From positions 2,332-66,331 of the forward strand of contig CAMVSK010000012.1 of the NCBI GenBank assembly GCA_947170165.1: a stretch of DNA of 64,000 bases. Direction: 5' to 3'. The DNA comes from an uncultured Bacteroidales bacterium (GTDB lineage Bacteria; Bacteroidota; Bacteroidia; Bacteroidales; UBA932). A program made the translations under genes and the position numbers. Shown here one piece after another: positions 1 through 7,940 of the stretch (its first letter is position 1; each line of letters begins with the position of its first letter). Under the pieces are notes generated by a model. It saw only the letters and a list, made by a program, of their open reading frames with translations. It had not been told where the DNA came from and made no database searches.

Positions 1-657
1 CGCAATCGGGTTTCCGCCGAACATGCCGACTATCTTCATGCAGGGGATATCCGTTTCTCCGTCCCCGAAATAAATCATGTGCGAGAAGGGAATGCGCTTC
101 TTGTCGTCGGCTATGCTTGCATTAACCATCTTTGAGTCGTGCTGGCTGGTGATGCCCTTGCTGATCTTGAACAGGAACTGGGTCTTTGCAGTATGGTCCA
201 CCGCGATGCCTGGCCACTCAGCTATTCCTTCTTCATTATATATAAAGGTTCCGGCGTAGATGTGGTGGAACTCCTTAGCGATGGACGAGCCCTCAATTAT
301 CTCCTTGAGGCCGGAGGAGTTGATGTAGTGCTCCACCCGCACACCCTTCTGCCTGCCGTACTCGTTAACGATTCCGAACCACTCCCTGACTCCCTCGTAG
401 AGTTGGATATGCTTGCCGAATTCCTTGAATTTGCTGCGGCGGAGGGGAATGCCGGCCTTTCGGGCCTCGTCGAACATCAGTTTCATGTAGGCAAGCACGT
501 TGCTCGCATCCTGCCCGACAGCTATTCCGTCGCTCATTTTCCAGAATTCTTCTTTGGTCTTGCCTACTGCCTGGATGAAGCCGAACTCCTGCATATTTCC
601 CGGAGAAAGGGTGCCGTCGAAGTCGTAGATCAGTGCAACTATAGGTTTTCTCGCCAT
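1..657 (-). CDS. HAD-family hydrolase (3'-truncated by window edge)
   Basis: Manual translation from ATG at 657 is open to the edge: MARKPIVALIYDFDGTLSPGNMQEF (motif I DxDGT) and YFGDGETDIPCM (motif IV). It is absent from the ORF track because no stop lies in the window. Confidence 0.85.
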   Translation of the reverse strand, partial: MARKPIVALIYDFDGTLSPGNMQEFGFIQAVGKTKEEFWKMSDGIAVGQDASNVLAYMKLMFDEARKAGIPLRRSKFKEFGKHIQLYEGVREWFGIVNEYGRQKGVRVEHYINSSGLKEIIEGSSIAKEFHHIYAGTFIYNEEGIAEWPGIAVDHTAKTQFLFKISKGITSQHDSKMVNASIADDKKRIPFSHMIYFGDGETDIPCMKIVGMFGGNPIA

Positions 658-688
658 ATTTTTTACCCCTTATTTTCAAATTTCGCCA

Positions 689-696
689 CAAACATA
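689..696 (-). promoter_or_regulatory. Bacteroidetes primary-sigma -7 box (TATGTTTG) for HAD gene
   Basis: Exact TAnnTTTG match 31 nt upstream of ATG 657. Confidence 0.6.
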
Positions 697-750
697 ATCA
701 ATTTTCACCACATACTCTCAATTATTCTTGTCCACTCTTATTATTGACAG

Positions 751-758
751 TACTTTTG
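751..758 (+). promoter_or_regulatory. -7 box (TACTTTTG) for acyl-CoA ligase
   Basis: Exact TAnnTTTG match in the AT-rich divergent intergenic region. Confidence 0.55.
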
Positions 759-765
759 TCTATCC

Positions 766-847
766 GTCGGCAGGCTGTCCGCTGACGAAGTTTTTTGAGC
801 GGGCCACGTGCGTGGCGGTAGCGGATGTCAGCGGACAGCCTGCCGAC
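766..847. repeat. Perfect 21-bp inverted repeat with 40-nt spacer in the acyl-CoA ligase leader
   Basis: GTCGGCAGGCTGTCCGCTGAC (766-786) is the exact reverse complement of GTCAGCGGACAGCCTGCCGAC (827-847). An inner mini-hairpin GCCAC/GTGGC lies at 803-816. Confidence 0.95.
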
Positions 848-880
848 AGAAAGAATGAAGTTTAACTGAAAACAATAAGT

Positions 881-2551
881 ATGTACAAAAGACCAGCAGC
901 TCCAAAGGCGGAGCATTACCTGAGCAAACTCCAGAAGTCCATGGCCACATGGTGGAACGGACTTGCAGTCTGCGATTTCCACGGACAACAGTACACCTTT
1001 GGCGGGCTTGCCCGCAAAATCGAACGCATCCACCTCGTATTCGAGGCGGTGGGGATCAAGAAGGGCGACAAGATCACCCTCTGCGGAAAGAACTCTGCCA
1101 ACTGGGCAGTCTCCTTCCTTTCCATATCCACATACGAGGCAGTGGTTGTTCCGCTCCTTGCAGACTTCCTTCCCGAAGCTGTGCAGCGCCTTACCGACCA
1201 TTCCGACAGCACCGTCCTCTTTACCGACCCCGAAATGTTCGAGAAACTGGATGTTGCGGCGATGCCCAAACTCCGCTATGTAATCAGCCTTTCCGATTTC
1301 ATGCCTCTTTGGGGCGCAGATGATGCCCTCATGAAGGCTTATACCACCCTGGACGAGCGCTTCAACGCCAGATTCTCCGATGGTTTCGATGCTTCCAAGA
1401 TCAAGTATCCTACCAATAACGACAAAGACCTGAACGTCATCAACTACACTTCCGGTTCTACCGGCAACCCCAAGGGAGTCATGCTTCGCTACGAATGTTT
1501 CAGCGCCACCATCGATTTTGGACAGCGCTACATTCCCTGCAGCAATGCCGATAACATCGTTTCGATGCTTCCCATGGGGCACATCTACGGGCTCACCTAT
1601 GAGTTCCTCTACCCGCTCATCAGCGGCGTGACGGTTTACTATCTTGGCAAGACCCCTTCTCCTTCGCTCCTTCTGAAGGCAATGCATGAGGTTCAGCCTT
1701 ATATCGTGATCACAGTTCCGCTCGTGATGGAGAAGGTATACAAGTCTTCCATCAAGCCGGTACTCGGCAAGTGGTACATGAAAGTCCTGACCGCCATTCC
1801 CGGAATCAGCGGCATAATTTACAAGAAAGTCGGTGAAAAACTTCAATCTGCGTTCGGCGGGAATGTCCGTGAATTCGTCATGGGAGGCGCCCCTCTCAAC
1901 CCCGAAGTGGAACATTGCTTCCGCAAGATAAAACTTCCTTATACTGTTGGTTACGGTATGACGGAAGCCGCCCCGCTACTTGCCTATGAACATCCTTGTG
2001 ACTATGCCCCCGGCTCCTGCGGCAAGGCCGTAGACTGCGCCGAAGTGCGCATAGATTCCGAGGATCCTGAAAACGTGGCCGGAGAAATCCAGGCCAAAGG
2101 CACGAATATCTGCAGCGGATATTACAAATATCCCGAAGCAGACTCTGCCGTTTTCACACCTGACGGATACCTTCACACAGGCGACCTCGGTACCATCGAC
2201 ACAAACGGCAACATCTTCATCCGCGGCCGTTCCAAGAGCATGATCCTCGGCCCCAACGGGCAGAACATTTATCCCGAAGAGGTTGAAGCCGCAGTCAACC
2301 AGCGCCAGTTCGTGGCAGAAAGCGTGGTGGTAGACCGTGCAGGCAAGCTCGTCGCCCTCGTGTATCTCGATTCCGACGCCATCAAGAATGCCGGCCTCGA
2401 CGAAGAAGCCATCTCCGACATCCCCGAACAGGTGAGGCGCGGTGCCAACAGGCATCTGCCACCTTACAGCCAGATCACAAAGGTGGAGGTCGTCCTTCAG
2501 CCCTTCGAGAAAACCCCGAAGATGAGTATCAAGCGATTCCTTTACAAATAG
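881..2551 (+). CDS. fadD: Long-chain fatty-acid--CoA ligase (AMP-binding family)
   Basis: Motifs YTSGSTGNPKG, GYGMTE, HTGDLG, GRSKSMI, NIYPEEVE and a C-terminal KxKR. Confidence 0.88.
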   Translation: MYKRPAAPKAEHYLSKLQKSMATWWNGLAVCDFHGQQYTFGGLARKIERIHLVFEAVGIKKGDKITLCGKNSANWAVSFLSISTYEAVVVPLLADFLPEAVQRLTDHSDSTVLFTDPEMFEKLDVAAMPKLRYVISLSDFMPLWGADDALMKAYTTLDERFNARFSDGFDASKIKYPTNNDKDLNVINYTSGSTGNPKGVMLRYECFSATIDFGQRYIPCSNADNIVSMLPMGHIYGLTYEFLYPLISGVTVYYLGKTPSPSLLLKAMHEVQPYIVITVPLVMEKVYKSSIKPVLGKWYMKVLTAIPGISGIIYKKVGEKLQSAFGGNVREFVMGGAPLNPEVEHCFRKIKLPYTVGYGMTEAAPLLAYEHPCDYAPGSCGKAVDCAEVRIDSEDPENVAGEIQAKGTNICSGYYKYPEADSAVFTPDGYLHTGDLGTIDTNGNIFIRGRSKSMILGPNGQNIYPEEVEAAVNQRQFVAESVVVDRAGKLVALVYLDSDAIKNAGLDEEAISDIPEQVRRGANRHLPPYSQITKVEVVLQPFEKTPKMSIKRFLYK

Positions 2552-2563
2552 CCGTATTTTTGC

Positions 2564-2571
2564 TATATTTG
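2564..2571 (+). promoter_or_regulatory. -7 box (TATATTTG)
   Basis: Exact TAnnTTTG match 19 nt before ATG 2591. Confidence 0.65.
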
Positions 2572-2590
2572 TGGAATAACTCCACAGATA

Positions 2591-4159
2591 ATGAAACTGC
2601 ATAATCTTTTACTTATCGCCGCCAGTACCTTGTTGCTAGCGGCGAATTCTGTTCCTGCCTCTGCCAAGGCCAGGAGAACAGTTATTCCCTCAGAAGTGAA
2701 AATGACCAAACAGGCGCTTCAGGACAAGATACGCGGTGCCTGGGCCGGACAGGTCATCGGCTGCACCTATGGCGGCCCTACCGAATTCAAGTTCTCCAAC
2801 TTCATTCCGGACCAGTATACCATAGACTGGAATGAACACCTGGTCAAGTGGTGGTATGAGCATTCCCCCGGTTTATATGACGACGTGTACATGGACCTCA
2901 CTTTCGTCGAGGTCTTCGACAAGGAAGGCCTGGATGCCCCGGTGGAGTCTTTTGCCAGGGCATTCGCCAATGCTGGTTATCCCCTCTGGCATGCCAACCT
3001 GCAGGCAAGGTACAACATCCTGCAGGGAATCATGCCCCCTGAATCCGGCCATTGGAAGAACAATGCCCATGCCGACGACATCGACTTCCAGATCGAGGCG
3101 GACTATGCCGGCATCATGGCCCCGGGCATGGTGAACAGCGCAGTGAAGTACACCGATGAGATAGGACATATAATGAACTACGGAGACGGTTGGTACGGCG
3201 GTGTCTATGTGGCGGCGATGTATGCTCTCGCCTTCGTGACGAACGATATCCCCTTCATCGTCAAAGAGGCTCTCAAGACCATTCCGGCCCAGAGCAGGTA
3301 TTACAAATGTATGGCGGACGTGATCAAGTGGTGGGAGAAGTACCCGGACAACTGGCACATCACCTGGGCTCTTGCCAACGAGAAGTACGGTTTCGACATC
3401 GGCTGCCCCAGCGGCTTCAACTCCGCTTTTAATATAGATGCCGTCATCAACAGCGCCTACATCATCATCGGCCTGCTTTACGGCAATGGCAATTTCTACC
3501 GCACCATCGATATATCCACGCGCTGCGGCTACGACTCCGACTGCAATCCCGCTTCTGCCGCAGGTATCCTGGGCACCATACTCGGCTTCAACAAGATTCC
3601 TGCATACTGGAAGACCCCCATCTATGAGGTGGAGGATATGGATTTCAAGTATACCGACATTTCCCTGAACCGCGCATGTAAAATGAGTTTCAAGCAGGCT
3701 CTTCAGGTAATCGAACAGGGCGGCGGCAGCATAGACGGGCCTTTCGTTACTATCAAGACCCAGAAACCTCAGGCTGTACGTATGGAGAAGAGCTTCGATG
3801 GCTACTGGCCTGTTGCCAAGAAGGATATCAAGAAGACTCCATGGCAGATGGGTGAATATGAATTCACCGGCAAGGGAGCAGTGCTTACATATCATTTCAC
3901 CCTTCCCAAACCCTATAATGTAAAGGACTACAAGGCCGACGTGGAGGTCTGGGTGGACGGAACCCTGTATAAGACAGTCCAGCTGCCAAGCGCAGGCAAT
4001 GGCCAGTCCCGCGAGATTTGCGGCATCTGGGACCTGCCTCTCGGCAGTCATAAGGTGGCGGTCAAATGGATCAACAAGCCCGGCGACATCAACATGGTGG
4101 TCGATTGCATCAACATCTTCTCCGACAAACCCGCACCCGTCAAACACGTAGACAAATGA
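2591..4159 (+). CDS. Secreted ADP-ribosylglycohydrolase-family protein with C-terminal beta domain
   Basis: Signal peptide (LLLAANSVPASA); DKIRGAWAGQVIG, YDDVYMD, DDIDFQIEAD and GYDSDCNPA acidic motifs typical of the family. Confidence 0.75.
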   Translation: MKLHNLLLIAASTLLLAANSVPASAKARRTVIPSEVKMTKQALQDKIRGAWAGQVIGCTYGGPTEFKFSNFIPDQYTIDWNEHLVKWWYEHSPGLYDDVYMDLTFVEVFDKEGLDAPVESFARAFANAGYPLWHANLQARYNILQGIMPPESGHWKNNAHADDIDFQIEADYAGIMAPGMVNSAVKYTDEIGHIMNYGDGWYGGVYVAAMYALAFVTNDIPFIVKEALKTIPAQSRYYKCMADVIKWWEKYPDNWHITWALANEKYGFDIGCPSGFNSAFNIDAVINSAYIIIGLLYGNGNFYRTIDISTRCGYDSDCNPASAAGILGTILGFNKIPAYWKTPIYEVEDMDFKYTDISLNRACKMSFKQALQVIEQGGGSIDGPFVTIKTQKPQAVRMEKSFDGYWPVAKKDIKKTPWQMGEYEFTGKGAVLTYHFTLPKPYNVKDYKADVEVWVDGTLYKTVQLPSAGNGQSREICGIWDLPLGSHKVAVKWINKPGDINMVVDCINIFSDKPAPVKHVDK

Positions 4160-6969
4160 AAAAGATTCTCTTCAGCCTGGCGGCCTTGATTCTGGCGCTC
4201 CCGGCGTTCCCGATCAGTTCCAAATCAGTATTCCAGGCTTTCCAGAACCCCTCCGACACCTACCGGCCCTATGTGCGCTGGTGGTGGAACGGGGACCGTG
4301 TGGATGAAGCCGAAATCCGCCGCGAGCTGAATCTGCTGAAGGAAGCAGGCATAGCCGGTGTGGAGATCAATCCCATCTCCTTCCCAGGGCGTCCCGAGGA
4401 TGCGGCAGGCCGCAAATCCCTCGTGTGGCTGAGCGACGAATGGATAGACATGCTCGGCGTGGCCTTCGATGAGGCTGGGAAGCTTGGCATGACCTGCGAC
4501 CTGATAGTCGGGTCTGGATGGCCTTTCGGTGCAGAATCTCTTCCCCGCGAAGAGCGCGCATCGGTCATCCGCACACTGTGCGACAAGGCGACAGGTGGTG
4601 CCCTCTACGACAAATCGCTGTTCCATGTTTTCCGGGAGCTGGATCCCAAGTCCTCAATCCCCAATCCCAGCCGCACTCCCGAGCTGCTTCAGGTCCTGCT
4701 CGTCCCTGATCCGATCAACGACCTTTCTGAGGCGCAGGATATCACCGGCCGTGTGAAAGACGGAGTGCTCAGGATGAAGATGCCCGCCGGCAACTGGCAG
4801 GTTTACTACATGGTGAAGTACAATTCCTTTGCCAGCGTGATAAATGGTGCTCCGGGTGCCGCCGGCCCTATCCTGGACCATATGAACGCGCAGGCCGTAC
4901 GCAAGTATCTCGACAGGATGTCCGACCGGATCGAAGCGAAACTCGGACCTCTCTCGAAGTATCTGCGCGCCTTCTTCGTGGATAGTATGGAACTCGAAGG
5001 GGCCAACTGGACCGCCGATTTTGCAGAACAGTTCAAAGCCCGCAGGGGATATGACATCCTGCCCTGGCTGCCCTTTACCATGTTCAAGCTGCGACGCCTG
5101 GGCGAGGTGGAGGATTTCAACTATGGATGCGCCAAAGGTGAGAAGTTCCAGGACCAGGTTAACCGGGCCCGCTATGATTTTGAACTCACAAAGGCAGAAT
5201 TGCTGGAGGAGCGCTTCTTCAAAGTATACGAACAATGGGCCCGCGAACACGGGGTGAAGGCCCGCGCCCAGGCCTACGGATGCGGATTCTTCCCTCTGGA
5301 ACATTCCATGGGCCTTGATATCCCCGAAGGAGAATCCTGGACCACCAACTGGCTGCGTCACGTGGTGGGAGAGGAGATGGGAGACGAAGACTATCGCCGC
5401 GGCCGCGGGTACACAATGATAGATAAATACGTCTCTTCCGCCGCGCATCTTACAGGCAAGCGCCTGGTGAGCTGCGAGGAGATGACCAATACCTACAACG
5501 TCTTTTCCACCTCGCTGGAATACCTGAAGGTGGGTTCGGACATGAGCTGCATTTCCGGCATCACCCATTCCGTGTGGCACGGATTCAACTACTCTCCCAA
5601 GGAAGCCCCGTTCCCCGGCTGGGTGCAGTACGGAAGCTACTATAACGAAAAGAACACCTGGTGGCCATACTGGAAGTTGCTTAACGACTACCGTGCCCGG
5701 ATCGGAGCACTGGTCCGCAATGCGGATATGTGCACCGATATTGCCGTCCTGCCTGCCAATGCGGACCTCTGGTCTACGATGGGTGTGCAGACCGAACCTT
5801 TTCCGGTGAAGTTGAACGTGCCCTATACCTCTTTGGTATGGGAGGCAATCCACAAGAACGGCGGCGGCGCGGATTATGTGTCCGAGAGCGTTCTGGAAGG
5901 AGCTGCGGTAAAGAACGGCAAACTCTGCTATGGCCCGAAGAAGTACAGCGTGCTCTTTACCGTCGAGGTGCGCGGCACCACCGTTGAGGCTATGGAGAAG
6001 ATACGTGAGTTCGTGCTTGGCGGCGGCCGTGTGTTCTGCATCGAAGCAATGCCCGAAAAGTCTGTCGGAATGGCGGATTTCAAGGCACGCGATGCCCGCA
6101 TCCGGGCGATTGTGGACGAACTCGAGAAAACAGGCCGTTTCATCCTGCTTCCCAAGCCGGAAGGCGACCATTTCCTGGAGTGGTATGCCGATGTGATGAA
6201 GCAGTATGATCTTCCACACACCGTGACTATCAGCAATCCCGACCGTTTCCTTCTCCAGAATCAGTACAAGATGGATGACGGCAGCGATTTCTTCCTGTTC
6301 GTGAATGCCAGCAGGCTTGAAAAGAAATCTACCGACATCACTTTCCCCGCATCCGTCACCAAGGGACGCAAAGCCTGGCTCTACGATCCTGCAACAGGCA
6401 AGAGACACGCTTTGAAGGTCCCTGCCTCCGGCAAGGTGCATTTCGATTTCGGCCCGTCGGAGAGTTTTGTTTTCATGTTCAACAAAATGGGCGGCAAGGC
6501 TCCTGAATATAAACCCCTGCCCGTGAAGACGGAAGGTCTGGAATTGAAGAACTGGACTGTCACTTTTGTGAACCCCGAGGTTCCGGACGTCCCCGGCACT
6601 GTCATGGAAACCCTTGTGGATCTCAAGGATACGGAGGAATACAAGAACTTCATGGGCACCGCTACCTACACTGCATCCTTCACGGTGGACGGCCCGCTGC
6701 CCAAATACCTGAATTTGGGCAAGGTCGGCAACATCGCCGAAGTGAAGATAAACGGCAAGCCCGCTGGTCTTTATTGGTACGGTGAGCCCATAATGAATAT
6801 CACCAGCCTGGTGAAGACTGGTGATAATGTAATCGAAGTTAAGGTGACTACCCTGATGAGCAACTATCTTCAGACTCTCAAGGATAACCGAGTTGTCCAG
6901 CGCTTCGTGCTCCGCCGCAATACGCCTCTCAAGCCTTCAGGGCTGATCGGCCCTGTATTGCTTTATTAG
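4156..6969 (+). CDS. GH106-like glycoside hydrolase (alpha-L-rhamnosidase family) with C-terminal sugar-binding domain
   Basis: RPYVRWWWNG...ELNLLKEAGIAGVEINPI, GSGWPFG, FFVDSMELEG, YLNLGKVGNIAEVKING. Start placed at the MKKILF signal peptide, which overlaps the upstream stop (ATGA). Confidence 0.75.
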   Translation: MKKILFSLAALILALPAFPISSKSVFQAFQNPSDTYRPYVRWWWNGDRVDEAEIRRELNLLKEAGIAGVEINPISFPGRPEDAAGRKSLVWLSDEWIDMLGVAFDEAGKLGMTCDLIVGSGWPFGAESLPREERASVIRTLCDKATGGALYDKSLFHVFRELDPKSSIPNPSRTPELLQVLLVPDPINDLSEAQDITGRVKDGVLRMKMPAGNWQVYYMVKYNSFASVINGAPGAAGPILDHMNAQAVRKYLDRMSDRIEAKLGPLSKYLRAFFVDSMELEGANWTADFAEQFKARRGYDILPWLPFTMFKLRRLGEVEDFNYGCAKGEKFQDQVNRARYDFELTKAELLEERFFKVYEQWAREHGVKARAQAYGCGFFPLEHSMGLDIPEGESWTTNWLRHVVGEEMGDEDYRRGRGYTMIDKYVSSAAHLTGKRLVSCEEMTNTYNVFSTSLEYLKVGSDMSCISGITHSVWHGFNYSPKEAPFPGWVQYGSYYNEKNTWWPYWKLLNDYRARIGALVRNADMCTDIAVLPANADLWSTMGVQTEPFPVKLNVPYTSLVWEAIHKNGGGADYVSESVLEGAAVKNGKLCYGPKKYSVLFTVEVRGTTVEAMEKIREFVLGGGRVFCIEAMPEKSVGMADFKARDARIRAIVDELEKTGRFILLPKPEGDHFLEWYADVMKQYDLPHTVTISNPDRFLLQNQYKMDDGSDFFLFVNASRLEKKSTDITFPASVTKGRKAWLYDPATGKRHALKVPASGKVHFDFGPSESFVFMFNKMGGKAPEYKPLPVKTEGLELKNWTVTFVNPEVPDVPGTVMETLVDLKDTEEYKNFMGTATYTASFTVDGPLPKYLNLGKVGNIAEVKINGKPAGLYWYGEPIMNITSLVKTGDNVIEVKVTTLMSNYLQTLKDNRVVQRFVLRRNTPLKPSGLIGPVLLY

Positions 6970-7904
6970 CGCTTGTAAATCCAGGGACTGAGGCCGACGG
7001 CTCCGCCGTAGGCTTCGGTTCCATTGGCTGCGACGCAGAGGTCGAAGTCGAGGAATGCCTGTGCATTATCATGCAGGTTTTCGCCGTAGTCGTAGATCAT
7101 GTATTTGAACATGTATCTTTCATTCTCGTAGCTGGGATCACCCGGCCTGCGCTTTTCTCCCATAGCGAGAATCTGGTTGACGGTGTACCAGGTATAGGGG
7201 CTTTGTATGGTGAAGTTCTCTGCATCCATAGCGCCGTAGGTGTCATCCCAGGTGCTTTCGTAAGCTTCGTCGGGGCAGCCCCATGCGTTCCACCCTATTG
7301 AGCCTTCCTCTGCATCGCCGGTCTTGTAAGCGGCCTGCCAGATGTGGTCGTCATCGGCGTTGATATGCATCTTTCCGTCGGTAAGGGTGAATGTGCCCTG
7401 GATGTGCCAGCCATATGCGGGCACATACAGATCCACCGTGTTGCCTTTTACTACCATGCAGAAAGTGTAATCGGTGCTTTTTTCATATTTTGCGGGTTTG
7501 TATCCGCTGCGGGTTGCGTCCCATCTGCCGTCGGTGAGTTTGCCGGAACTGACGGTGGCACCGATTTTTCTGAAATTCTCGAAAGAACGGTACTTGTTAC
7601 CGCCCTGATTGTCTTCATAGACCAGCACCAGCCAGGCATTGCCGCCGGTGAGTATGATGTTTGCGTCCCAGGCTTCTTCGCCATTGGGGGTGCAGGTGAG
7701 TTTGTCGCCTTTCAAAGACCACTTGCCGGTAACATTTCCCTCCCATCTGGTGTCTTTGTAAGACCCGTCGTTATTGAAAACGAGCTGTGGAGTTTCATTC
7801 CAGCCCCAACTGCCGACAAGGCCGGAGGTGGGTTCCTCTTTCTTGCAGCCTGCCATCAGAAGGGTAGCCGCGGCGAGGATAGCGATAAATAATCTCTTTG
7901 ACAT
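6966..7904 (-). CDS. Hypothetical lipoprotein, lipocalin-like beta domains
   Basis: Lipobox LLMAG-C-KKEE; LVGSW and VTGKWSLKGDKL patterns. Its stop overlaps the GH106 stop. Confidence 0.7.
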   Translation of the reverse strand: MSKRLFIAILAAATLLMAGCKKEEPTSGLVGSWGWNETPQLVFNNDGSYKDTRWEGNVTGKWSLKGDKLTCTPNGEEAWDANIILTGGNAWLVLVYEDNQGGNKYRSFENFRKIGATVSSGKLTDGRWDATRSGYKPAKYEKSTDYTFCMVVKGNTVDLYVPAYGWHIQGTFTLTDGKMHINADDDHIWQAAYKTGDAEEGSIGWNAWGCPDEAYESTWDDTYGAMDAENFTIQSPYTWYTVNQILAMGEKRRPGDPSYENERYMFKYMIYDYGENLHDNAQAFLDFDLCVAANGTEAYGGAVGLSPWIYKR

Positions 7905-7925
7905 ATAAAGTGTTATTGGTTTTCG

Positions 7926-7933
7926 CAAAGATA
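7926..7933 (-). promoter_or_regulatory. -7 box (TATCTTTG) for the lipoprotein gene
   Basis: Exact TAnnTTTG match in the short gap after GH78. Confidence 0.55.
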
Positions 7934-7940
7934 TGTATCT

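Noticed and set aside
4066-4155. Upstream extension of the GH106-like ORF (also 31610, 47392, 56115, 13735, 7928, 54863 starts)
   Set aside because: Downstream ATGs give clean signal peptides or lipoboxes and fit stop-start coupling or -7 boxes.
6583-6592. CCGGACGTCC resembling the REP stem core inside GH106
   Set aside because: Only 10 nt, no partner arm, and it encodes ordinary PDVP.
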